64,000 nt of DNA from Octopus bimaculoides (Eukaryota), in assembly GCF_001194135.2 (NCBI RefSeq), contig NC_068981.1:172395742-172459741 (forward strand), given 5' to 3'. How positions within the stretch are numbered: position 1 is the stretch's first letter; each line of letters begins with the position of its first letter. Made by a program: the position numbers and the translations under genes. Below the pieces are notes generated by a model that did no database searches, had not been told where the DNA came from, and saw only the letters and a list, made by a program, of their open reading frames with translations. This document shows, piece after piece, positions 52,201-64,000 of the stretch.

Positions 52201-52642
52201 AGGAATATAGCCTAATAACTAATATGGTGATATTAAACAGCTTTACACTACATTGATTTTAAGAGTAATTAAGAGAAAGTACGAATGCTTTAAGTATGAT
52301 TCAAGTCTATCTTTAGTGTATTCTATCTCCACTTTTTCATGCTCATAAGTTGAATAGGGCTTTCTCTTTCTCTAAAAATCACAGTATCTCGTGTAGCAAT
52401 TGTGTATCTTAATGAAGTAAGCTATCAACTGTACCAGTGGTACACCCTATAGTATGCTACACAAATTTTTACATATTCTTTTCCTCAGCTCATTCAGTCT
52501 GTATATGACCCCCTTGCATCTCTTGTAGCCATGGTTTACATTTGTATACTAAACAATTCACTTTTGTTACTATATTTCTAAATAAAATACACACCTTATG
52601 TAGTTCAATTAAATTCTAAAATAATCAAGAATTTAGACCGCT

Positions 52643-52807
52643 TTAACCCAGCCAAATATTGTTCTATGTTCAAACTAGCCAGATGCAGCCTTTCATACCT
52701 ATCCTACAATGTCATTCTAAAGATAAGGAATCACATGAAAATCACAAAGCTACAAGATTAATTAAAAACAACGAATAAGCAGAGTAATCTGAATGCTAAA
52801 GGGTTAA
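52643..52807. mobile_element. Short TTAACCC...GGGTTAA element (piggyBac-like MITE); related copy at 57835-58027
   Basis: ttaaccc ... aaagggttaa termini. Internal caaactagccagat...ctacaatgtcattctaaa is shared with 57860-57940. Confidence 0.55.
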
Positions 52808-55031
52808 AGCTTATAGACTTGTAACCTTTGGAATACAATTTAAGATTCTTAACCAAATCTTGTTTCATAATTTTTATCTTCAAGCAAATCTAATTACAGG
52901 AAAATTCAAAATATTAATTTTAATAGCCATTATTAAATGACTATAAAATTTGAGAAAAAATTGTTCAAAGTACTGGATTATTAAGTTGAAGTTCATGTAT
53001 CATAATGGTAAAAAAGCACAAAGAAATAGGTGCACTATAACCCCCCCCCCCGAAAAAAACACAAAGTGCCGAGATTTGAAGAAAATTAGAAAAGGAAATA
53101 AATACACAGAAACATACAATGATTCACAAATCAAACTGTTACACATCTCACAAGTAAATAAAAATATGGTAAATTCAAAAATATTTAGTCCTTCCCTGCA
53201 GTAATTGATTCAAAGAAAAATTAACCTAAGTTTTGTTCCCTCGGGGGTTGTGGGGAGAGAAGACTAACCCAAACTTGCTTGACAACATGAAACTGGTAAC
53301 CACCCTTTGCCCATAGTGAAACATTTCAGAAAATCAAAATTGGAAAGAATCTATAATTTGCAGTGCTTACGTATGTTCAATAATGGAAGACAATGTAACT
53401 CAAGTATTTACATGAAACATTTTCAAAATTTATGAGATTTGTGCTGAAATTAAAAATATCAGCAGGCTATTTCAGCCAGACTGGTAATGAAAGGGGTTAA
53501 GCATGGTCACTTCCTGTAAGCAGTATACTGTCTTTCCAGTTAACTGAATACTTTGCTTAAGTGTAGAGGATTCAATTCTAGGCTTTGCCTATACATATGG
53601 AGTTGTTGTTGGCAGATTCAGCTATGAGAGCTAAGTTACTGACATACAGTAGTCCTCATGGTCAGCTGGCCAAAACCCATTATGATTAGCTGAAGTATAA
53701 CAAACTGGAGTAGGGACGAAGAGGGTTTTAAAAATGAGCCTTGCGACGTCCATTTGCTTTTGAAATTCCTTTAAAAATACCAACAGCATCTCGAATTTTG
53801 ACAGTCATCTTCAGTAAGCTTGTACTGATTTGCTTTTGACAACTGGACTATATAACGAGTCTCCAAGATTGACAACTGTTAAGTATAGTAGCTTATTCTT
53901 TGCAGTCCACGTGATTAGAGCAAAAGCAGGAGAAAGAAAAGGAGAGGGAATGTAATTGTAATGCTTTCATGTGATTACTTGAAGGGAAAAAGGATAAGAC
54001 AAAGAGAGATGTATCCATGAGATGGGAGGGGGGGGATGTTATATATATATTACATGGTTAAAGTTAAAAGGTAGAGGGGGAGTTAAAAATATAATTTTAG
54101 CAGAGGGGCAATGTTCTGATGGTGAGGTTAAAGGGAGTGGGAGCAAGAAAGATGGCGGGTGGATAGTTAGAAGTATCTAATTGAACAAAGCTTTTTTTAT
54201 ATCACTTAACACACAAGTGCAATTCCATGAATTAGTCACGCTTAATTATGTAGTACATACATGCAATTTAACTAAAAGCTGTATCATGTACAGGATTTGT
54301 TTCTGGGAAAAAGAGCAAATATTTTGCATGTGCTGTGCTGTGTGTTAAGAATATAAAATTGCGCATTAAGTAATAATTGTATTCCAATTTCTTTCACTTT
54401 TCAATGAATAGCAAATATCTTAAAGACTATGCTTTCTTTTGGATAAAGTTTTCAGAAATAACCCAATAGGTTTACCATTAATTCCATGAAATGGTCACAG
54501 TTCCTGCTAGTATATGCTAATCTTAATTAGTTGTGCTATAAATCCAATGCATTACATTTATAACAATCAATTTGTTCATTCGAGAATGTTTGCCCTGGCA
54601 ACAGTTAATGCTACAGCTATATGAATTGTTGTACAATACCACGTGCCCTGCAATGTATTTCCAGTATCTATCCCTTTTGGTCCATCTGCTGTTATTGCTT
54701 TACTATCTTTAATTGCACTTGCAGGCTCTTGTAACATTTTCCATAACTTTCTTAATGATGGTGCCAGCAAATGTCATTATCAAGACAGTTTTTTGCCCAA
54801 TTATGTCCAATTCGCAATGACAACCTGTTTTAGCTTATTTCTTTGTTACATATACATGATATCTATTGCACCTCATTCTTTCCAAGCCACCTTCTATATC
54901 ATTCTAACACTGTGTCACCCACCACCCAACTGAAACTGCCCCATTCACATACATGGTTTATGCCCTACAGTTATTTTTGAAGCTCAAACTGACAAAGGAA
55001 CCTTTGAACAGTGGCAATAATAGTTGCTTAC

Positions 55032-55120
55032 CTCTTTTTCACAACAGTTTTCTTAGGCGCAGTTACTGGTTCTGGATGAGAACGGATTGCTGCATGTGCA
55101 TTTTTATACTGCTTTTCAAT
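55032..55120 (-). CDS. RPL5: RPL5 exon 7
   Basis: attttAG|...|GTAAGC; 89 nt; IEKQYKNAHAAIRSHPEPVTAPKKTVVKK(R). Confidence 0.96.
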
Positions 55121-55404
55121 CTAAAATTTAAAAAAGTTTCATTTTAAGGATAGACAGTTGCATTCCAAGGAAACTATTTCAACAACCATAAAGTGCCATG
55201 CTTTTTTTCTCTGGCAATAACAATTGTTCTTCATGGATAATATCCTCTAGATTAATTTGTCTTTAAAGTACTCCAATTACAGGAATTAACAAATTAACAT
55301 GACCACATCTACTTAAACCACCATTAACAATAAGTGCTTTCCACTGTATAAAATATATATTTTATGCTTAATGAAGTAAGAATTATAGAGATAACAATAC
55401 TCAC

Positions 55405-55582
55405 TGATTCGGGTGTTATGCCTAGTTTAATATAACGCGAGAACTGTTTTTTGTATGTTTCTTCATTTTCTTCTTGAAGTGTAGACATATAATTTGCGAC
55501 ATGTTTGCCAAAAATATGATCCCTATGCACCTCAGCTTTAAATTCTCCACTTTCCGCATCATAACCTGGGAAGCGCTTAACA
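55405..55582 (-). CDS. RPL5: RPL5 exon 6
   Basis: attacAG|...|GTGAGT; 178 nt; [59 protein letters not shown]. Confidence 0.98.
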
Positions 55583-56396
55583 CTGTAATAAAATACATGA
55601 AGCTTAAATTTATCGTAATCACAAAATTCCCACGAAAACAGTGTACACAATGAATATGACTAATTTTTAAAAGAAACCCAGTTGGACCTAAAATCCATTG
55701 ACTATTCTCACTATTCCATAAAATATTGGACCAATTATTATGCAAAATATAAAGTGGACAAAAATCAAGGCATTTAAGCAGCTATAATATTGGCTAATAA
55801 AATTGTGATATTTCATTCCACTGGTATGACATGGATACCCTTTCAAATCCACAAGCCTCCTATAGTAAGCAAACCAACACCCTACATGTGTTGTGTCCAT
55901 TTGTTCTCAGTAGCTATTCTTATAAGCATATTTACCAATGTTGCCGGTTAGACTTAACACTGATGACAATATTAGTGCAAATACAATCTAGAATCAAGTT
56001 CATTAAGCATTCCTGTAGTACAAGTTTACTCATAGAAACAGGCAACATACTACATATGCAAATGTGCTGAAATATGAAGTTATGAAATTAAAGAGAAAAA
56101 TTTGAATCATTCAAATTCATCCAATTCAGATGTTAGTCAACCCCCCCACCCCTGTAACTGACAATTTAAGAATTGGGACTGGATTTAAGCATTTTGGAAT
56201 ATTTCCACCTCCCCCACTGCATACTTGCAAACATCAACCATGCCAGTAGTCTGAGAGGGTCTGCAAGTTACCAGCACAGCCACTCCTGTGACTTAAGTCT
56301 TAAAGAGTTAGTTTAAGATTAAAAACAAATCAGACGTTTCAAACAAGTCGACCTCCACCCATAAAGTCTAGAACCTGTAACTGAAAAGATTCTTAC

Positions 56397-56599
56397 TTGT
56401 GAGGTATCTCCATACCACCATCAACAGCACCTTTCATTGCTCCAAAGACTCTTGCACCAGTTGTAGTACGGCTGAGTCCAACGTCAAGAAATGCACGGAA
56501 GGCTCTGGGTTTACCTTCAATGTTCTCAACATTATACTCCTCTCCAGTCACATCAGTACAACCATCATAGATGGTGTCCAAGTTGAACTTTTTCAATAT
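56397..56599 (-). CDS. RPL5: RPL5 exon 5
   Basis: gttttcAG|...|GTAAGA; 203 nt; [67 protein letters not shown](N). Confidence 0.98.
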
Positions 56600-56646
56600 C
56601 TGAAAACAAATTTTGATGAATACATTAAAACTAAAATGATTGAAGG

Positions 56647-56687
<41 letters not shown>

Positions 56688-56740
56688 GAAAATATTTAAA
56701 TGTTTTTGACAACATACTAAAAAAACAAAAAGTAACTTAC

Positions 56741-56875
56741 TCTTCTGGCAAGAAGAAGTCCTGTGCAATATGCAGCAGCATAGTTGGTCAGCCCTACCTT
56801 GATGCCATATCTAGGGAGCTCATGAGAGTAGGCCGCAACCACAATCACATCTCCCTCAATACGGGCATACGCTAT
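56741..56875 (-). CDS. RPL5: RPL5 exon 4
   Basis: tttattAG|...|GTAAGT; 135 nt; [45 protein letters not shown]. Confidence 0.98.
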
Positions 56876-59800
56876 CTAATAAAACAAAAAAAAAATTTAA
56901 TTGTTAAAAATTCTATTTTGAAGTACTGATTAATTATAATAATTTTAAGAAATAAGACCAGTCAACATGGATGTTAGGACATTAGGAACCTATGTAAATC
57001 AATTACAATACAGTTCATACCAAAAAGTACAACTAAAGCAAAGTCTACATCAGTGGTTCCTAAAGTGGGCAGTGCTACCTCCATGGGGGAAGTGGAAAGA
57101 TTCAGGGGGTGTTGAAGAAAAGTGGGACAACAATGGGATAACCGAAAGCAGGTGATGGTTGTAACAAAACTTCCAAAATAATGAATTGGGTTAAATGCGG
57201 TTTTGAACTTGCTGCAGAAGCTAGGAATGTGGCTCGACAGGCAAGGGGGCAGCAGCAGCCTGAAAATGTGTCAAAAACCAAGTAAAACGTTTCATGTTTT
57301 CAATATCTAAAAAGGTGACTCATCCGACATACCATGTTATATTTGACAATACTTGTATACATTCAGCAGCCACCACCAGGGGCATCTACAATTGCTCAAT
57401 CCGCAAAAATTGCAATCAAATCTTCCAAATCTAACAATCTTAATCCTATTTAAAAGGTGTATATGTATGAAGCATCCAGTCTTGCTAATTGAAGCAAACA
57501 AAGCCACCCTTCTATATTTGTTAAAATAAACTGTCAACTAATTTTGGAAATTAAGAATTTAGTAAAATAACTCATTACACCGGTATCTGGAATAAATTTG
57601 ATGGAATATATTGATCATGTTTACTTTGATCCGAGTGATATTACTAAATATTTCTACATGATTTTCATGCCCATTTTCAAAATGACAACCTTTAAAAAAA
57701 ATTTATAGAAAGATTGAAAACTTCTAATTCTTAGCCAATCAAACCAGTCCATGCTTCTACAGCAACAAACAGACACTACAGTTATGATTGGCATTTCATC
57801 CAAAATTTCGACTGTAAATATTTTCATTAAATATTTACATTCTTAATATTTTAGCATTCAAACTGGCCAAAATAACTCGTTTTATATTGAAACGGGTCAG
57901 ATCTGGCCTCTTACCACATCCTTTCAATTTCATTCTAAAACTAAGCAATAACATCAACATCTCCAAACAATATAATGCATGATTAATTTAATATAAGACA
58001 GAATCATCTGAATACTAAAGCATTAAAAGCTCAAAAGTCGAGTTTTCATGTCACAGCAAAGGTGAGGTGGAGGGAATAATGTAAGAATTTGAAAATGTTA
58101 TTCTGCCCCTCAATTTTTAGGTTTCGGCATTTTCATAAAATGTTTATGAATTTGCGAGGACTAAAAAAATTCTTTGGTTAATTTTGCAAATCTTTTAAAT
58201 CACAGATTAAAATAACAGCTAGTTCAAATATTTGGCTTAAATCCCAGCAGTAGGCCATCAAATGTGTTAGGGAGAAAGATCTTGAAAAACAGTGTTAGAT
58301 GTGCTAAAGTAACAGCTCTTAAATTATGCATGAAATTGGTTTTGTTCTTGCATAATCATGAACTTCTGTGCAAAAAATACAAATTCGCAAAATTTTTCAG
58401 AAAATTCAAAAAAGCTACAGCATGTGTAAAGTAGGATTCCAATGATTAAAAAAGGTTTCTCTAAAAGCTTTCACTCATTCCTAAATCTCCCCAATACTTT
58501 GCCATCAGACAGAGTCATTAAGAACTGTCAATAACTAATGAAACAGCTTCAAGTATCATACAACCACTTCAGTACATCACAAAGGATACCAATATTTATG
58601 CAGTTCAAAACGAATTAAAAAAAACTTTAGTAACAGTGTATGCTACATTACAATAGTGCTCATACTATACTACAGGAGGAATTTGTAGTACATGTGAAGA
58701 GACAAGCTGGGCACAAATTACACTGCGTGGAATAGTTGTTTCAAAGAGCCAAATATATAAGTCAAGTTAGGCTTTGCTAAATTGAAATTATGCTTATGTA
58801 TATCTAAGTGGAGATATTACTCTTATTTCAATATCAAGTTGTCAAATCATCACCGACATATACAGAAACTGATGTCTAGCAGGAACCACTGATAAACTAA
58901 GATCAGGAAGGATGCATTTGACAAGGTATAAAAATCAAAGATTCACTAAAACTGGATAGTCAAGAGTTGGCAGACTTTGGAAATTGCACATACTATTAAT
59001 TACAACTGGTTCTAGTTTTTTTGAGTAATTATATAGGAGAAAGTAAGGATTGGCATACAAACTACCTTGCTTTGATTCAAAGAAATACACTAGAATAAGT
59101 GAAATGTTTGATTTTCTTTTAATCACAAATTGTACTTTCTGAAAACCTGTTTTTGTACATTAGGGTTCATAGCTTGTTTCCAAGTGTTTACATAAAGTCA
59201 ACTGTTTCAGTATAAGTGGGATCCAAAGCTGATTAAAATTCATCTAGATTGTGGTCAGGCGTAAAAATAGAAATTGAATATTGCAATCTTCAATAAAGTA
59301 ATATCTACAAATGTTTACTTGTTCTTAAAGCTGACACAAGTCCTACTGTAGATGGAAAAGGCATTTCTTCCTCACAGCAAAATAAACTATTGAAATGGTT
59401 GGGAAGAGAATCCAGCCAAAAACAATGCTAAAGCAGACTGGATTCTGGTGCAGTCTGGCTAGTCAACTCCTGTCAAACCACCCATGCCAGAATGGAAGAG
59501 GAACGTGAAATGAATTTATTTTCCTTAAACCAAGAACTATAAGTTTCTTTATACATTTTAACAATCATTTGCTGTAGTAACAATACTATAAGCATATTCG
59601 AATTTGGGATACAATGGTATGGGACAGCCGTGATACATGGATGTCTATTCAACCATGACCAGTCAGAAAACCATAAAAAAAATAAAGGATTTTAGAGTTA
59701 ATATGCAATTATAAACCCATCACTGAACACATTTTAGAAACTAGCTACGAAATAACCTTATTACTCCTATTTATCACCACTGGAAGGAAGTTATTCATGA

Positions 59801-60190
59801 ATATATTTCAAGTTTTTAGCCAGCACTGTCAGTCAGTTTATACTACATCAGTAGCTTCATTCATAAACATGTTACCGTAACACGTATGTAAGAATACAAA
59901 GAAATACCTTTCACAACGTTAAGTATTTTTCATTTATAAATTGGTATATAACTTTTAAAATAAATTTTCAACAATCTTATGTAAAACTTTGCATTGATAT
60001 ATATATATAGCTACCAAGTTATTGCTCGGGGAAAAAAGAGCATTATAATGGATTAACCTCGTGTACAATATAATAGTTAACCTCACCATTATTTATACTA
60101 ACTACAGCGACTTTAAAATTACAACTGAATCCAAGTTCACAATGTTAAGCCTTTCAAATGGGTGGAGAATTCAAGAAAAGAAAAGTTCAC

Positions 60191-60306
60191 CTGGCAAATA
60201 ATATCCTTATTAGTGAAGCGAACTATCATTCGATATTTAGGTGTGTTGTACTTGTTTTTCTCCTGCACCACAAGACGTTTCCTCGCGAAGTAGTCAGTTT
60301 TTCCCT
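60191..60306 (-). CDS. RPL5: RPL5 exon 3
   Basis: ttctAG|...|GTGAAC; 116 nt; [38 protein letters not shown]. Confidence 0.97.
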
Positions 60307-60437
60307 CTAGAAATAGAATTAAAAGTTTTAGCCCACTTTTCGAGAAGAAAAGGCGGTTATCTTGTAGACAAGTGTAAAAGATTAGCGAAGTATTACTATG
60401 TACATTTTGGTATGACTGGACTAGAAATTATATATAC

Positions 60438-60507
60438 CTCTCCTCCTTCGGAATTTTACTTGAAACCTCTTGAAATAGGCCTTATTTTTTATTATTTTCA
60501 CGAACAC
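60438..60507 (-). CDS. RPL5: RPL5 (uL18) exon 2
   Basis: ttttcAG|...|GTATAT; 70 nt; VFVKIIKNKAYFKRFQVKFRRRR(E). Confidence 0.97.
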
Positions 60508-61048
60508 CTGAAAAAAAAAAAAAATCAACCATTTCAAGAGTAAGTCTTGTTTAGGAATGTTGTAGAACTAATTACTTTATGAAGACAATTATTCAATAAA
60601 ACTACTGTTGTGTATATATATACATATATATATATATATGTATATAGATATATTAAAACAGAAATAATACTTCAATACAAATCTGTAAAGTTGCATACTT
60701 TTTAACGACTGATTTTGCCGTTGTTTATGGAGACCAACGTCACAGTTGCATTAATTTTTTGTCACATGCATATAAAAAAAAATTCAAGCTGGCACGATAA
60801 AAGAACCTGGAAGAACACTTCTTTTAAAATCTAAAACCAATATCAATGATTAAAATAAGTGAACGTCACATATTATAAACGCTGTCAACAACTTCCAGCG
60901 GGAGAGCAAGTGCGACTATTACACGTGTAGAAAATAAGCCAGGCGGTATCATTAATATATCGAAACCATCGAAGAGAATTTACTGAAAAATATCATTTAA
61001 CAAGTTATAAGAATATAAAATATATTAAAATTTTTAGAGATTACTCAC

Positions 61049-61051
61049 CAT
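61049..61051 (-). CDS. RPL5: RPL5 exon 1 coding part (ATG only)
   Basis: Minus strand reads ccaaaATG|GTGAGT. An ATG-only first coding exon is the known RPL5 arrangement, and it joins exon 2 in phase 0. Confidence 0.9.
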
Positions 61052-61120
61052 TTTGGTTTATTTTACAAGTCCAACAATCAGTGCCTTAATAATAGCATCA
61101 GTTGGGGGATGACTTACTAT

Positions 61121-61131
61121 GAAAAAGGAAG
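61121..61131 (-). promoter_or_regulatory. RPL5: TCT-type initiator / 5'TOP tract of RPL5
   Basis: Minus strand CTTCCTTTTTC about 70 nt upstream of the ATG. A polypyrimidine initiator is characteristic of metazoan ribosomal protein genes. Confidence 0.75.
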
Positions 61132-61165
61132 TGGCTGGCACCGCTGCAGACAATTTAACAACTTT

Positions 61166-61174
61166 CCGGAAGTG
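61166..61174. promoter_or_regulatory. ETS/GABP-type site upstream of the RPL5 start
   Basis: CCGGAAGTG about 35-45 nt upstream of the TCT tract. A palindromic TCACGTGA E-box also occurs at 61277-61284. Confidence 0.55.
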
Positions 61175-63568
61175 CTTTATATAATATAATTTTTTGATAT
61201 ACATAATAAAATAAAATTTAATATAAATTAAAATTACCATAATTTAAAAAATATATGAGCGTTTATAAAAGTACTTTCACGTGATTTTGCTAATAAATAT
61301 TAAAAAATAATTAATAACCAATCAAATGTCATGTCGTTGGTGCACTTAATTTGAATATATTTCATTGTAAACTTAATTTTCTGAAGTTGCTTGATGTATT
61401 TTATTGATTTTAAATTGTTTATATCATATTCGTTTGTTTGTCATTTGTTGTTTTTACCGTTCCATAAAAGAATTCCCCCTGTATTTATTTATCTCTAAAA
61501 CTCAGTTTCAAAGAAAAACAAGTCACAACATGTCAACAAATATTCATTTCTCTTCACGTTTTCTCAAGTTTTCTGTATATTTTCATCAAAAGTTTCACAA
61601 CGCTGATGATTAAACATTAACTTTACACGTAATAAGATGCTAACATTTGAATCTACATCATGGAATTGAGATTAAAAGAAGTTACACATCGTCTACAAGA
61701 AACAGAAAAATCTTTAGCAAATATTTATTTAATGGAGCAACAAGACTTAAAAGAAAAAGTATTCGGTGTTGATAATTTGTAAGTGCTTGTACATTTCTAG
61801 TTTAGAGTTCTTCAAAATGAAAAGGTATTGTTTGTAATTAAAAGATCGCACTCTATACGGTTCCCAAAATAAGTTGTCAATATTTTCTTTCTTTTTACTC
61901 TGTTGTCTAACTCCAATTTAAACTTAATTGGCGACTGTCACTTTCATCAATGGTCCTTGATAAAGCGACTACGTAGCTGTTGCTTCGTTGATTTATGTTA
62001 GATTTTGTTTTTAGTCAAGAGTGGTTAGTTAACTTAGGCAGTGTGCCTTCCGTTAAAGGATTTACGATCAAGAAGCAAGTGTTGTCATATTACAATATTT
62101 ATAGAGCTAAATATTCTGTAATTAAAGTCGTATTGTGCCTTTCGAAGGTATTCTATGATCAGCCCACCTTTGTAAAGATACATAGAACTACTGTTTCCTT
62201 TAATATGTCTTGCTTGTTTAAAACGGTGGGGTGTGATTATATGGAGATTTCGCTTCTGTTTCTCGCAGGTCAAAGGATTCCAGAAGCTCATTTGGGCGAA
62301 AGTAAAGAATACGTACACCCAGTGTTTAGGGTTAAGTACTTTTGTTACGCCGAAAACTGTTGGTGTACGTGTTCTTTACCTCCGCCGCTCGTTTGTTGCT
62401 TGTTCTAATACCATACAAGATACAAAAATGAGTACTTAAAGCTGTTCGCTGTTTGTTTTAATTCCAGTATAATAAATGTGGTCAGTGTAACATTCATTAA
62501 ACTCGGAAATGAATTGCCTTTACGTTGCGTTTAATAAATTTATATCGAGGAATGAAACTGATCGAATCTCCATTAAAATTATATAGATATTCAATTTTGT
62601 ACTGCGTTGAAAAATTAACAGAATTATCTTTTTCAAACTCAGCAACATAGGAGGTTATGAAACTGAAGAAAAACCTTAATTACTACAGTCAATTTAGTTT
62701 TACAATTGGCAATAGCACAGCTTCAAATAGGTTAAAGTTCAATTTCTGTCGGTGTCAATTTCACTTTTCGTCCTTTTGGAGTCTATGCAATCAGCTATAA
62801 ATCCCTTCTACAAAAAAACTAATATTTTACCAAATCAGAAAACATCTCACATCTAATCTAAGGGTTTGCCCGTGAAGTATACGCTATTTCATGCAATTAA
62901 AAAGCATTATGAGTAAAGGCATTCTTAAAAGGGTTTTGAGATTATTGGAACACCTTTTTAAAGAGTTGGCAAGATACTAAAGCGTGCCTACTCTCTCACT
63001 TGCTGTCCTTCCCAACAACACAGTTTGGCTCATAACACCACATGTTCTAAGAAATATTTTTTTTATTTTAAGAAGTAAAGTTTCCATTAAATCACTACAT
63101 TTGTAGCTGGAATGTAAGGAGATAAAATAAATATCTTTAGTTTTACATCATATAAGACATAACTGCTTAACTCGATTTGACTGATAATAGATTCTATTTC
63201 ATAGAGAAGAAAAATAGTTAGCATGGTATAGACAACTACCAGCCTGCTTGTCTTTAGTTGAAATCCACTTCAGGTTTTTTATTGTTTTAGGCACTACACT
63301 TCATTCCCAGGTTATTCACCTGTTCACAATAGGTGTCAGATCATCTTCAAATGTTATCTGAAATAACTGAAAATTTGCCTTTTCTATAAAATCCTCTTCA
63401 CAATTGAATGGTAGTAAAGGCTTCCTATTCTAAGAACAATTGCTCCATAAAAGTCATCCCTTCCTTTTGTGTTAGCATGCAAAAATGGATATAAATATAA
63501 AAACATAAATAAGATTACTTCGATTTTTTGGACAATTTTTTATTTGTTTTAATTTATTTATTTAACAG

Positions 63569-63716
63569 ATCTCAGGATTTTTGGTATAAAAATTCTTTGG
63601 ACCAGATTAGATGGAATGACAGCAACAGTAATGTTTCAGAACAAAGTACACCAACTGACTCTCTTGGAATGGCCTTTAAAAACGATGACATGGTTGCAAG
63701 CACACCAAAAAAACAT
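63569..63716 (+). CDS. Possible internal exon of an unidentified gene divergent from RPL5
   Basis: Good acceptor (tttatttatttaacAG). The open frame SQDFWYKNSLDQIRWNDSNSNVSEQSTPTDSLGMAFKNDDMVASTPKKH has coding-like composition. The donor CAT|GTACTA is weak. I recognise no homology. Confidence 0.35.
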
Positions 63717-64000
63717 GTACTATAATTATTTGTTTATCATCATTAGCTTCTCTTTTTATATATGTCTATCTTAACATTTCACCTATCAGATTGCAGATAG
63801 ATTTCACAAAAATGTTTTTTCAGTTTTAATGCTTATGAAGCTGGTGTTTATTGACATTTATTCTGTCACTTGATATAACATCATAACCTGCCACTGGAGT
63901 GCCTTTTGTCAAATATACTCTATTGCCAGTATTTGGACCAGGTTTCTAGTTTGAACATAACTTCCAGTTTGTAGATCCTGATAAAAGGTCAAGGACACTG

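Noticed and set aside
56330-56347. U21/SNORD21-like motif in RPL5 intron 5 (minus: cttgtttgaaacgtCTGA). Vertebrate RPL5 intron 5 hosts U21.
   Set aside because: The guide would need tgtttcaagacggg to pair with 28S, and it is broken here. There is no upstream C box. An Infernal/Rfam scan would be decisive.
56399-56929. 176-aa plus-strand ORF with a poly-Lys run
   Set aside because: It is an antisense shadow of RPL5 exons 4-5. The poly-K comes from the 38-nt A-tract (intron 4 pyrimidine tract).
58497-58584. C/D-box snoRNA-like segment in RPL5 intron 3 (GTGATGT ... CTGA, short terminal stem)
   Set aside because: The C box is imperfect and I could not identify an rRNA or snRNA target for either guide. 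It needs snoscan or small-RNA data.
59615-59676. H/ACA-like hairpin in RPL5 intron 3 whose 5' pocket (ttttctga) matches 28S tcagaaaa
   Set aside because: The 3' pocket does not pair with the adjacent 28S sequence, and no correctly spaced H or ACA box follows.
61112-61117. GTAAGT just after the RPL5 TOP tract (possible alternative donor)
   Set aside because: Using it would remove the start codon, and there is no supporting acceptor in the 5'UTR.

Overview
AT-rich animal genomic DNA, dense in (TA)n/(CA)n microsatellites and interspersed repeats. The repeat families look like octopus/coleoid cephalopod families to me; this is inference from recognition, not a search. Two convergent spliced genes are well supported. 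(1) On +, the last exons of calcineurin A (PPP3CA/B-like): calmodulin-binding exon 13323-13407, exon 14019-14116, a candidate 36-nt micro-exon 18719-18754 not in the ORF track, and the autoinhibitory-domain exon 24747-24874. (2) On -, a complete 8-exon RPL5 (61051 to 51417, 296 aa) with a TCT/5'TOP start, an ETS site and a poly(A) signal. Between them lie three TG...CA solo LTRs with 4-bp target-site duplications, RTE/CR1 LINE remnants, several SINE families and several perfect hairpins, one of pre-miRNA size. Mariner/maT/Tigger remnants sit in calcineurin introns. A possible divergent gene starts beyond the RPL5 promoter. There are three assembly gaps. I found no clearly new multi-gene system. 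The best leads are C-terminal isoform diversity of calcineurin A (micro-exon; CnA-beta1-like intron read-through), the 46977-47030 hairpin and the solo-LTR cluster.
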